Assembly: GCF_032191835.1 (NCBI RefSeq)
Contig: NC_083231.1
Span: 72,168,001-72,232,000 of the forward strand
From: Heteronotia binoei
Taxonomy: Eukaryota
Reading direction: 5' to 3'
DNA: 64,000 bases
The number at the start of each line of letters is the position of its first letter. Positions within the stretch are counted from its first letter, which is position 1. The notes under the pieces are model-generated. The model was not told the DNA's origin. It saw nothing but the letters and a program-made list of their open reading frames with translations, and did not search any database. This document shows, piece after piece, positions 35,741 to 47,938 of this stretch. Position numbers and translations under genes: made by a program.

Positions 35741-37616
35741 AAATGCTTCCTGAATTATAATTGTCACAATAAAGCCTTACTCCCATCATACTTTTTATAT
35801 TACTTTCTCCTATGTGGCCATAGTGGCATGACGAAGATTTCCATCTGTCTGCTTTATATGTTTTCATTATTTCCCCCTTTTTGTGGAGAGAAATATGAGA
35901 AAGTTTGTCAAATCTTAGAGGTCAGCAAAATTTTCACAGGGGGTTTGGACAATGGAGCCCAGAAGCAAGCATTTTTGGAGGGTGGGGGTAAGAAAGAAAA
36001 AGCACAATAACATTTAGAGGTTCTGGAGCTCTTGCCCAAAATGAGGCCTTCTCTTTAGCACTCATTGTAGCTGTGACAATAGGTAATTTCACATGGCAGC
36101 TATTTGCAAGAGGATTATGCTATTCTTACACAATAAAAATCTACTTGCAGAGCACATTATTGTGTCTGTGTGTAATCACCCCCAATGTCTTGTTTAATCT
36201 CTAAGAGCCTCTGATATGTAGTGGTGACAGCTCAGCATATTTTGAACTAATTTGGTTTGAACTTCTGCAGTGACCAATATTAGAAAAATGCGAATGAAGA
36301 AGAATCATTTACAGGCACAGCAAGGGAAACCAAGTTATGATGATGAGTAAGGAGTAGAAGAAACATAATGCTTCTCAAAAATGGGACATGAGGGAAATCA
36401 GTCTAACTTTGGGAATAAGGATCAGGAACAAGACAAATAATGGCTGTAGATCCTAGTGTCAGTTCTGACAGTGAAAGCAATTACCAGTTTGTGTAGACAT
36501 ATGAAAATAAAAAGACCAATATAAGTGTAGAAAATTCACTGCATACAGGTCTTGTGACACTGTTATTTTACCAAATTGAATCAGATGTTCAAGATCCATG
36601 CTGTTTTGCTTATTAGATTTCACACCTCCAACACATAAAAGGGCACAATTGTCCTTTAAAAAAAACTTGCAGATGTTGTTTGCTCTACTGACGTTATCTA
36701 CAGTGAAGGCAAGTTTTATTATAAGACTGTGAACAGTCTTAATTTCTGAACTATGCTGTGGTGTAAGAACATACAATATCTGAACTCAGCTCCTTTTTCA
36801 AAACAATAGAATTTCCTTTCGTGACTATACTATGTTACTCATTCCACAACACTTTTTATTGACAGTGTTATTACAGAAAAGGCTTTTGATGGCAATATTC
36901 CTTAGCATTTGAATGTTTTTACTAATCCTAGCTACTTGATTTCATAAATGTTGCGATAACTTTTGATGCCAGCATTCTTTCAGCTTGAATGCATTTTGAT
37001 AACCCTGTCAAGACTCTGATTTAACAAGCCTATCACATCTCATTAAAATCCTTGTAGTACCCAGTTTATATGCCAATAATGTGTCTATGGATCATATTTG
37101 CAGAGGCCCATTAACTATGCTTCTGATTACTCATGTCATTGGCACTGTTGCTAATCTATGTTTATTTCTCTGTTTGGCTTCTGCTACTTAATTAGGGGAT
37201 AGAAGATATTTCTGTCCTCCTAAATTAGGTAGTGCCAGGTATTTGAACAGATTTCTAAATTTCAGAAGTTTCATGGCTAAAGACAAGTGAAGCCATATCC
37301 CTCAGTAGGTGAACTCTAAATATGTTCTAGTTCAGAAGAATGTAAGAACACACTTTAGTTTAAAATGGGTTGTCTGGCTAAATCATATGTTGCCTTTGAT
37401 CATGACTAAAGCTTAGGTCATGGATACCTTTCTAGACTAATCTTATCAACACCCAACTTCCCCTGCATCCTCTTACATTAATTAAGAAGCAGTTAATCAA
37501 TGCTTAATTCTATTCACTTAACCCATTAGCCTTTCCTGCCCACTACCTGCAAGATCATCAAACCTCTCCCACACCATTATCTACCTCAGAAATGCCCATT
37601 AGTAGTTTTTCTTCAG

Positions 37617-37777
37617 GCATCATTTCACACACCTGAAGGTACATTTTGCTCTGTATCTCAAACACCTTGTCTCCCAGTGTGCGTATCTCAGATTCTATGA
37701 ATACGCCCCCACTTGTTGGGTTCTGTTCTCTCGAAACACTGGCCATTTTGCTGCTGCCATGGACCTCTTCAAGGCAG
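37617..37777 (+). CDS. Candidate 161-nt exon of an unidentified gene
   Basis: Acceptor agtttttcttcag, donor CAG|gtaata; open frame HHFTHLKVHFALYLKHLVSQCAYLRFYEYAPTCWVLFSRNTGHFAAAMDLFKA. Protein not recognised. Confidence 0.25.
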
Positions 37778-39107
37778 GTAATATCACCCTTTTCAAGAAT
37801 TGCTTTCTCCCTGTCCTTCATGTATTTCTCTTAGTTAGCTCTAGTATGTGTGCTGTGTGCATTTTGTTTTATTCTTTCTATTTTTGATTTTTTAAAAAAA
37901 CCTTCTGCCTGCTTTATTTGAGAGTTCACTGGAAGGAAAAATCCTTGTATATATAGGTGAAGAATTCCAGTTATCCTCTCTTGCTCTGTCTTCTTAAAGC
38001 TAATTCCCCCAACTAATTAGGAGACCGCCTATTTGGGATCAGAATGCCATGAATAGACACTGCTCAGCTCCGCAGACTCTCTTCTCTTAGCTGTTTGCCG
38101 TTACATTGAGAGGCAGAGAACTAGTTAAAAGTAGAGTAGCAGAGCACATTGCCTCATGATTGGGAACACCTCTTCTCTACTGGGATTTTGATGTTAAGTG
38201 GACTCAGGGCATTGAGCCATCTGTCTCTCTATTCACACTAAGCAGAGGGGCTTCCTCAGCTGGAGACTCAGATTTTGTTGTTTCCTTGCCCCTGCTGAGT
38301 CTTCGTGGACTCAATGATTTGAGTCACGCCAAGCCAGGCAGAGAGGGTTAGCTATAGGTTCCTTGGCTGAAGACCCACATTTTGATTGAGAACTCTTCTC
38401 CCCCTGCTGGGGCTTGGGACTCTATGGTGGACTTAGGGATCTGAGGCATCCTGTCTCCCTGCTCATGTCAAGCAGAGGGGCTTAGCTAGGGGGTTCCTCA
38501 GCTGAGGACCCACATGTATACCCTCCTACCCCTCTTGATTTTGAACTAACCCCTCTGAGCCTTGAGGGTGAAAGTGGGTGAAAGTGTGCTCATCAAGGGG
38601 CAAAGCCATTCTTCACCCTCTGTGTACACACGCCCCTGTCCCCAGGCACCAAACCCATCCTGCCAACCCACTGGAGCCCACCCCTAGCAAGGCATCACCA
38701 GAGGTCTCAGAACCTCCTTCTCCTGATCTGTTTCTGTGGTTCTCCATAGAGGACAAGGAGTTGTTAGCACATCCCAAACACTAGTGGTTGATAAACTATT
38801 TGGAGAAAGCTCTGATAGCAGTGATTGAAGGGGAAGCATCCTTCCCTTCCACACCATTTCCTGTTGCTGCTCCTACCTACCTCTGTGGTCCCTCCCAGTC
38901 CAGAGCCAGAAAGCAGTTGTCCCTCCCACCTTCTCCAGTTCTGGGGTGTTGTTTCCAGCTCACAATTTGGAAATATTTCCACACCATCCCCAGTGACCCT
39001 TATGTAGCAGAGTGCCAGATGCACAAACTTTCAGCACTTCTCTATCTCTGCAGGCGTACCCCAATATATTGCCATGAGAGGAAATAGTCACGTGCACTGC
39101 AATATTT

Positions 39108-39111
<4 letters not shown>

Positions 39112-39137
<26 letters not shown>
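39112..39137. repeat. (TG)n microsatellite
   Basis: Direct reading. Confidence 0.95.
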
Positions 39138-39138
<1 letters not shown>

Positions 39139-39180
39139 ATGATTAGAACACTTGGAGTTATGTCTGTTTAGAAATCATAT

Positions 39181-39655
39181 ATTTTCATTTTCATTTTTCA
39201 TTTCATTTGATTTATATCCCGCCGTACCCCTCCGAGGTGGGCTCAGGGCGGCTCACAGCATAATAATTCTAACTATAAGGTTTAAAAATTAAAATACAAT
39301 AATAATTTACATAATTAAAAACAACCAGTATATCATTGTATCAATCAATGTCAGTATGCTATTTTATTGTCTTCCTTCAGAATATTTCAATGCCGGTCAG
39401 TTATAAGCCAACCAGAAGAGGACTGTCTTACAGGCCCTGCAGAACTGTCTGAAGTCCCGCAGGGCCCTGACCTCTTCTGGTAGCTGATTCCATCAGCAAG
39501 GGGCTGTGATTGAGAAGGCCCTGTCCCTAGTTGACTTCAGCTGGGCCTCCTTTGGCCCAGGGATTACAAGCAGATTTCGAGAGCTGGATTGCAGCACTCT
39601 CTGGGGAGTATATGAGAAGAGACGGTCCCTAAGGTAGGCAGTTCCCTAAGGTAGG
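39181..39655 (-). mobile_element. L2 3' fragment
   Basis: Tail tttatatcccgcc..ggctcagggcggctcaca plus a block homologous to 57.5-57.75 kb (cttacaggccctgcagaactgtc). Confidence 0.75.
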
Positions 39656-41019
39656 CAGATATATACAATATATCATTGGTACATACAGTGAAAGCAAAAA
39701 GAAAGAAAGAAAGAAACACCTCATGGTTGAAACTAGCAATCTAATAACTATACAGTCTATTAGGAAGGGAACCTATCCCCAATTCTTGATGGATTACCAG
39801 CATTTCTCCATGATGGTTGTTCTCTATAGCACTCTATTCAAGTCACACTGCAGCTATTTCCTTTTACCAAATGCTCAAACCTCTCCAGGCAAGGACATGG
39901 TTATTCAGCACAGGATACTGACATGCTCTACACCCATAAAGCCAACTAGGGCAAGTCATCCTACTGAATTGGTAGATGGACCAGATGCTGGCCTCCACAC
40001 TGCAGATAGGCCACAAGGGGATGCCTGTTTTTCCATGTGTCAGGGCCTTAGCAAAAAGGTTGTGGGTGGACATCACTGCCACGTTTCTTCTTCTTTGCAA
40101 GGAAAGGGAGTACATACTTGCCTGTACGTGTGACCCCCAGATAAAAGGCAACATTACTCTCCAGAATTCAGAGCTTATGCAATGGAAGTGTGAATTTTGC
40201 AGAGAAGTGTAGAGGCTACAGGCAAACAGATGTGGCCAAAGGGAACAGCAGGTGGAAGAGGTTGGGGAGGAGGAGGTTCTGCAGCCTTGTACTGCTGCCT
40301 CAAAGAGGCCAACTAGGGAGAAGCCTAACTAATGGTTATCAGTAATGAACTGGGACATCAACAGCAGTAGGGATGCCATGCATATGATGGAGGAGGATTC
40401 AGCAGTGGTGATGGTGAAGGAGAACCTTGCTGAGTCCTCTAAGCCCACCTCCACTGATTCACAGGACTACTAGTCAAGCAAGGCTGCCATCTGACATGAA
40501 CTCTCTTGAATGGCCACAAGTCTCCTCTCCTCCCCTTCTACATGTTTAAAGTGAGCAGGTATTCTCCCACCTAGGAAACATTCTCAGCCCCCACCACTCC
40601 TGTCTGGATCTGGCCAGGGTAGACAAGTTGGCCTTTCTCAAGGTTATCCCCCACCTGCTGGGTTACTCCTCTATAGATCTCACAAAGCAAGATCCAGGCC
40701 TCCTGTTGTCCCCCTACCTGTCCCCCATTTCTTTTCCTCTCTTGGCCATGTAGCCTGCAGTTTGAACCCTTGGTGCTTGGGTGAGAGGATGGCCACCTCT
40801 GCTGTGTAGCGGCAGGCTCCTTCACCCAACACCTACTTTATGAAACATGATGTGCCTCATAACAAAACACCTACCTCAAGATCACTTTAAGTAGAAAACT
40901 CTGTCTTCCATGGTCTGGTGTGGGATAACTTTGGGGAACCCTTGTCAGAAGTCTCTTGTCATGTCTACCATTCTGTCCTTCAGAACTTGCCTTTCATGGG
41001 GCTGAGAGCATAGGGGGGG

Positions 41020-41766
41020 TGCTTGCATTGATTCCATTGTCTGGTTGGGGGTGAGCTCTGCCCAGGTAAAGTTTCCCAGTGAGTTTGATGTCACTAGCTT
41101 GTTCATGAGCCATTTCATTGACTCTCATAACTGCAGCTGTCTTTTCCGGAGAGGGCACTAGGGAGACCTTTTTTTGGGGGGGGGGGTTTCCATAATTCCA
41201 GAAAGGTAATCTGCCTACAACTTGGATACATTGTAAACAAGCAGGCAGCATGGTAAAGTTCCTTGTGTGTTTTGTGTGTGTAGCTTGCTGGGGGGGGGGC
41301 ACACTATACTCTTTTGAACCTGTACCTGACATTTCCCCAAAAAACATTTTCCTAGCTTGATCTTAGTCCTGTCAGGTTTGCACTGCCACAGTGCGACTGG
41401 TTCTGTTGGGTACACTGCACTGGTTCTGCTGTGAGTTTGATGTCTGTTCTATACACTACTGAACCTCCTGAACCTGCCCTTGTTATTTCCCCAGAAAACA
41501 CTTTCCTGGGAGTACTTTCTTTGTGGGACTGTAACTCATACCCTGTATATCCAATCCACACCAAACCTGGAGAGCAGGTTAAGGAGATTCTCTGAGTTTG
41601 GTGTCTCCAACATGTCAGGGGCCATCCTACCACAGCATGAACGTCATGACATTAACCAGTTCATTTAGCGCAAAAATGTTTGTGATAATTTGTGGTTCAC
41701 AAACAATGCATGCCACGAACCACGAACTAGTCCAAACCACATTTTCCTGGTTTGTGCCCATCCCTA
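41020..41766. mobile_element. Degenerate DNA-transposon-like repeat, related to ~51200-51805
   Basis: 41480-41620 aligns with 51290-51430; both copies end in a gtgcccatcccta-like terminus. Left end not found. Confidence 0.45.
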
Positions 41767-42309
41767 ACTATGCATTGCAAGGAGCATGATTTCTAAGTTC
41801 CAGACTACACTTTAAAGAAACAACAGCAAGACCATTCAAAATAGTCACAAGCACAGGCAGCTGTCACTTGTCAGCAGAATAATTGTGGTGAAGAATTAAA
41901 AAATAAGAAACAGCAGACATATCAGTGAGAGTGATCTTCAGAAGGAGTGATCACTGAAGATGCTCAGAGTCTCTGAAGGCACTAAGTGTGAGATCTTCTA
42001 AGCTCAAGGTCTGAAACTACACTAGAAAATTCTTATTGGTTGCTAGAAATCCCATCCCCATATCTCATAAGAGGCTGCAGCTATTGCCTAGAAACTGGTG
42101 GAGAGAACAAATAGCAACAGAGGGCCTAGAGGGGTTTGCAATTTTTTTTATCTAGTATTTTTCAGTTTGGGTCTATTGGTCCCCCCAAAATTTCAGTATT
42201 CCAAATAATATTGGATCCCAATACTGGTACGGTATTCAGATCTGAGATCTTTTAGAAATCTTTGGGGTTCAATATACCCGAGAAGAAAAATATCTGATTC
42301 GTTAAAAAG

Positions 42310-42790
42310 CCAGCCTGATCCTGGGGCTGGCGTGGCTTCTTCTGCAGTGTGGAACTAGACAAAGGTGTAGTGCCTTATATCACAGCAGCTTACCGTCTTG
42401 GCCCGCCAAACCTTCCATCCAGAAAAGAGCCATGTGACATTATTGCTATTATCCCCGAAGCCCGCTCTAGACGCTGGATCCTTGAGGCTGCACGCAATGC
42501 CGGCTATTTACAATACAAAGGGGATAGTATACTGGTTTTCCCTGACCTTCCTTGTGATGTGCTATCTAAGCGTCGGGTCTTAAAACAAATAACTGAATCT
42601 CTAAGGCATGCCAAAATACGCTACTGTTGGGCTAATCTTACAAATCTCAGAGTGACATACAAAGACTAGATTTATACTGTTACTGATCCTCCCTCAGGCG
42701 TCGCCCTCCTGCAGTGTCTTCATGTGCCGCTGCTAGCAGATCTTTCAAAGCCTTCACAGAAAAGAAAACATCCAAACTCCTCCCAAAGAC
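42310..42790 (+). mobile_element. L1-type ORF1 (RRM/C-terminal region) remnant
   Basis: AAYRLGPP..PCDII..ILEAAR..YKGDSILVFPDLPCDVLSKRR..IRYCW resembles the L1 ORF1p pattern RAHR..PR.II..I.IFPD. Confidence 0.6.
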
Positions 42791-43850
42791 AATAAAGTTG
42801 TAGTTCATTAAGTTGGTGATCTACTAAATATTAACTGTTATGTTTTCAAAAGATGTCATGTGCTACAAATGCTACTGATGAATGTGCCATCGATAACCAT
42901 AACTGTTTGCCTGTTGCATGCCCGAGTTTATTAAGTCTTCAATTGTAATAGCCTTTTGGGGGAAGGGGGTGTTTCCTCTGTACTCTTTATGTCTGTTTGT
43001 TTTGCTTTGTTCTAAGTTTATACAGTCTCTTCTCTCAGAGCCTTGGCTCTATTAACCCTGGGTTTTTGCATATCCCTGGGTTAAGTAAGACTTTAACGTT
43101 AAAATAAGCCTAGTTCCCTTTAGTGGAGAGCAAACTATTCATATAATTACTGTAGTTCATTGTTTTGCTTCCTGTTTTTCTGCTCAGTGTCTGGCTTAAA
43201 TAGAGTTTTTGTTCACACTGTCTAAATAGTTTTTACTAAATTGCAATATTAGGTTATTATAACTTAGAAATCTATTATAATCATATAGTAACTTTGTTTA
43301 ACTAGTTTTTATACGCTTGATTAATTCATTCATTACTCTTAACATCCTTTGGGATACAATAGCATAGTTATATCAGTTTTTATTATTAAATTGGTAATTT
43401 TCATAGCTCTTCCTTAGATTACATTGATACTGATTGATTTATTGCACTGTTTATTAGTATATATTTTGGATTAATTGTTATTAGAGTGTTTTTAATATAG
43501 GACTGTTATGAAAGTTTATATATTCTTGTTAAATTGCTAAGTAATTATATTGATTGATTCGCTATTTAATAATATTTATATTATAAATTCATCATAATCA
43601 AATTATAATATATTTTAAATCTGCCTATCTAATCTATTATCAGTTGATGCTCTTTCAGACTGAAAATTAGTTGACCTTGATTTGTTTTAAGCATTGTAAT
43701 AATATCTTGTACATTCACCAACATATAATATCTATCATCCTCTATTTATTCATTTATTATCTATTTATTTATTCATTGTTATTATAATTTTTTATTTTTA
43801 TTATCAGTTTTTAAGCTTATTAGGTCATTTAGTTCATTTTGTATTAATTT

Positions 43851-44113
43851 GATGAAGATTTTGGATTTATATCCCGCCCTATACTCTGAATATCAAAGTC
43901 TCAGAGCGGTCACAAACTCCTCATCTTTCCCCCCCACAACAAACACCCTGTGAGGTAGGTGGGGCTGAGAGTGCTTTTATAGCAGCTGCCCTTTTTATGA
44001 AAGATATGCCTGACCCAAGGCCATCTCAGCAGGTGCAAGTGGAGGAGTGGGGAATCAAACCTGGTTCTCCCAGATAAGAGTCCGCGCACTTATCCACTAC
44101 ACCAAATTGGCTG
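43851..44113 (-). mobile_element. Squam3-like SINE
   Basis: Tail ggatttatatcccgcccta, head ccagataagagtccgcgcacttatccactacaccaaa. Confidence 0.85.
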
Positions 44114-44119
44114 AGACCT

Positions 44120-45900
44120 GTGTCATGGCTTATCACTTGCTAGTAACTAGTGTTTGATCTCTATAACAAACTCACTCTTTAACTGTCATTCTTGTAACTC
44201 CTACCAAATATTCCATATGGCCCAAAACTCCATTGAATGGTCCAAACCTCTGCACCCCCTGATGTCACCTCTCTGTATTCAAGACTCATTATGGCTGAAG
44301 CCTTCCTCTCGCCCATCTTCAGTCAATACCAATCCCTCCTTAATGTCCATCCTCAAGGCATGGGATAAACTACATCCAAAAGCTCTACCTACTATATCGC
44401 GATTTTCTTCATTTCACTACCAATCTTGGTTTAATCCAGATAACGGTGCTTCTCATCTCAAAGCCTTCAAAACAGCAAAAGTCACCTGTCTTGTAGACAT
44501 ATCCTCACATTCCGGTCTTTTGCCCAAATCTGATTTGGACCATAAACTCGGTTGGTCATTACCATGATTTTTCTACTTCCAATTAAATCATGCTATGTCC
44601 TCAATCAATCTTTCAAAAATATTGAAAACACCACCAACGCCCTTTGAAAAATTACTAGATTCTTCAGTAGCAAGTTCTAAAGGCCTCATATCTGCTGCAT
44701 ATAATATTGTGGTTAATCAAGACAATGCTGATCCACCTACATCTCAAAAACATTGGAACCATGATTGCAATATCAATCTCACTGATGACCAATGGTCGTG
44801 CATATACTCTTTCAATATGTTCAGCTCACCGATAATTGTGACCAGGCTACAATCCTTTAAAATCCTGCACAGGTGGTACATCACCCCACAGAGACAAGCA
44901 GTATTTACAAAAAGCAAATCTCCACTTTGCTGGAAAAATTGTGGACAAATAGGATCATATGCCCAATGCTAGTGAGAGTGTTCAGTAATACAAAACTTTT
45001 GGAAGGATGCTCTGAAACAAATTAAAGCTATTACCTCCTACACTGTACCCTTTTCACCTACACTGATCTTTTTAAATTCCTGGGAAGGCATGGATATTCC
45101 TAAAATCAGACAAGAACTAATCATCAGTTTGTTAACAGCGGCAAAATCCTCAATTGTAACTTATTGGAAATATTCACAAGCTCCTCCAAGAATGAATTGG
45201 CTGAAAAATGTGTGGGGGAATTTCCTTATGGAGAAGATAAATGACAAATTATTACATTCTGAATTTTTTCCAAAAGAAACTAACTTTACTGCTAAATGGC
45301 TTCCCTTTATTTGCTTTATTTCAGCTCAAGACAGCTCTTTACACAACCCACTACACTTAAAAATACTTCATTCATAACACTTGTATTTTAATTCTCACTA
45401 TACCACACTCCATACTTAGTACAGTATAACCATAGTTAAGCCATGACACAGGTCAACTATTGGGTAGAGATTTTTATTATTATTATTATTATTATTATTA
45501 ATTTTTATTTCATCTCTCTAAGTTAATTTTGTAAGTAGAAACATTAACAGTGTATGCTGTTAATGCACTGACTTCTTTATCTAATTACTAAATGTCTTTT
45601 TCCTTAATTAATCACTCATTGTCCATTTTCTTTATGAGCATCATTTTTGCCTCCAATTAAGCATCTTTATCAGCAGTGCAGTTGATTTGGAACCTCTTAG
45701 TTTATTACTTGGTCACTCAACTCAATTAAATGTTAGTTGTATACTTATTATTTAGAGAAACGACAACAATGTAATCAAATGTTACCTATGCTAGTTAATT
45801 TTTCTGTGTAGAACTCAGAAATTTTCACAAGCTTTTATTGAGGTATGTACCAAATTCTCAATAAACTTTTTCTTCTTTAAAAAAGAAAAAGAAAAAAGAA
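44120..45900 (+). mobile_element. L1-clade ORF2 C-terminal part, 3' UTR and poly-A
   Basis: FKILHRWYITPQR..CWKNCGQIGSYAQC zinc-knuckle region, LLTAAKSSIVTYWK; aataaa at ~45861 followed by an A-rich tail. Confidence 0.75.
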
Positions 45901-47671
45901 ATGTCAGTTGGTGCAACATGCAGCAGCTATATTCCTGCACAGGGCCATCAGTTCAGAACATATCCCTTCCCTGTTAAGTCAAGTGTACTGGTTACATATT
46001 GGATTCTAGCCCAATTCAAAATGCTGGTCATTACTTTAGTGGGAAGGGGGGAGGTTATTGTTTAAAACCCTCATACTGATTGAACCACATCTCCTGTTTC
46101 CTCATGCCAGTTATATTCCTCAGTGCCTTTTCACTGTGATGCTTTCTCTTGAGATGGTCCATATGGCAACAGCTAGTCACAGGCTTTCTCTGTGATAGGT
46201 CCAGTCACTTGGAATGATTTAACAGAGACAGTGGCTGCATTTAGGAAACTATATAAGGCAGTTCTGTTTCAGGGGGCATTTTGTGGAGGGTGAAAAATTT
46301 GGCTGTATTTTTTAATCTTAATTTTAATCTGTGCATATTTTTCATATTATTAATTGATTCTTATCTTTCCTGTGTCCTCCTAATTGGTTGCATTCTTAGC
46401 CACCTTCAGTGGGAGGGATATACATATTTTAAATAAATAAATCTCATAGAAATTTTTAAAAATGTGCTTAACTCTTCCAATTAAGTCATTGGCTTAAAAT
46501 GGCTGGACATTAATAGGATTGTTTTCAGTTTCCTTAATATAGGCAGCTGTGATACCTGTGTAATGTAGGGAAACTTATTGGGGTATTTCATTAATATAGC
46601 AGAGTTTTGCCCAATTATAGAAGCATGTTACTTAGTGCAGTAAATAAATCTCCCAATATTGCAAAAAGCATAAACTACATTTGTTCATGTAGTTCAAATT
46701 AAAGTTGCAGTCAAAAGAAGAGAAGGAAACCAAATCTAAAGAGTACTTTCTTTATCACAAATGGCTAGCTTGTCTGGAATGATGTGTGTGGGAGTATAAG
46801 GGCATTGTCTCTACAGGAGAGATCTACAGACACAAGTATCTCCATAGAAGGATTTGTAGAGAGATATGAGAGGACAAAGCCAGCAAGAGAAAAGGGGTCA
46901 GAGGACAACTCCCAGGTTAAGACAAAGAGAGGCATCTAATTCAAGGAGATAACACCTATACACAGAGTGATGTAGTGTCCCTCAATGTATAGAGATCCTG
47001 AGTTGCTTACTCCAACAAAACTTTGGGTCAGTTCTCTACCCAGTCATGAAGCAAACTGGAATTTCTGAGCATTGTAAGGATTGATGCTTCTGCCACAGAA
47101 AGTGTGTGTGGGTGGGGTGGGGTGGGGAGATCGGTTGGTTTATATACCAATAAACTTGAGATTTTTGCGAAGGATAGCTATACAAACTATTAATTGCTAC
47201 TATAGCTACTGCAGATGTGCTACTGTATACGGCCCTTTATGAAAAAGTATTTGTTGTAACAATGGTGAGGAAATACATCCTATTAATGTTATTGCAATGA
47301 ATACTTGCGATATCTGTATGGGTTTCAGACATTAATAAATAAAATTATATATTTGAATGTGCCAGTAGATGGAGCTCTTTATATTAACCAGATATACTCA
47401 CACATCTTTTAAAATGATATATAAACTAGCCAGAATTTTGTATTCTCCTCTGGGTAGCTTTTTTGGTGAAGGAAAAAGATGGAGAAGAATTTAGTATCCC
47501 AATACTTTCTTGGTGTCTTTTTAAAAATATACACAGTTACATTGCAAAGCACTGATTTATGGCTTTGATAGGATGTATCTTGCTCATTTATAAAATATAG
47601 TCAAATTCTCTTTCCCCTATATATCTTTTAATGCATTTATTTTAGCCTACTGCTATTTTAGACTATTTTAG

Positions 47672-47938
47672 AGTACTGCAGTCCTAACCTCTGTTCATGA
47701 CCTGAGTTCGATACAGCGAAAGCTGGGTTCAGGTAGCCAGCTCCAGGTTGACTCAGCCTTCCATCCTTCTGAGGTCGGTAAAATGAGTACCCAACTTGCT
47801 GGGGTGAAAGTGTAGACGACTGGGGAAGGTAATGGCAAACCACTCCATAAAAAATCTGCCGTGAAAACGTCGTGATGCGACGTCACCCCAGAGTTGGAAA
47901 CGACTTGTGCTTGCATAGGGGACTACCTTTACTTTTTT
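47672..47938 (+). mobile_element. Sauria/Squam2-type SINE, head truncated
   Basis: Colinear with 22740-23005. Confidence 0.85.
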
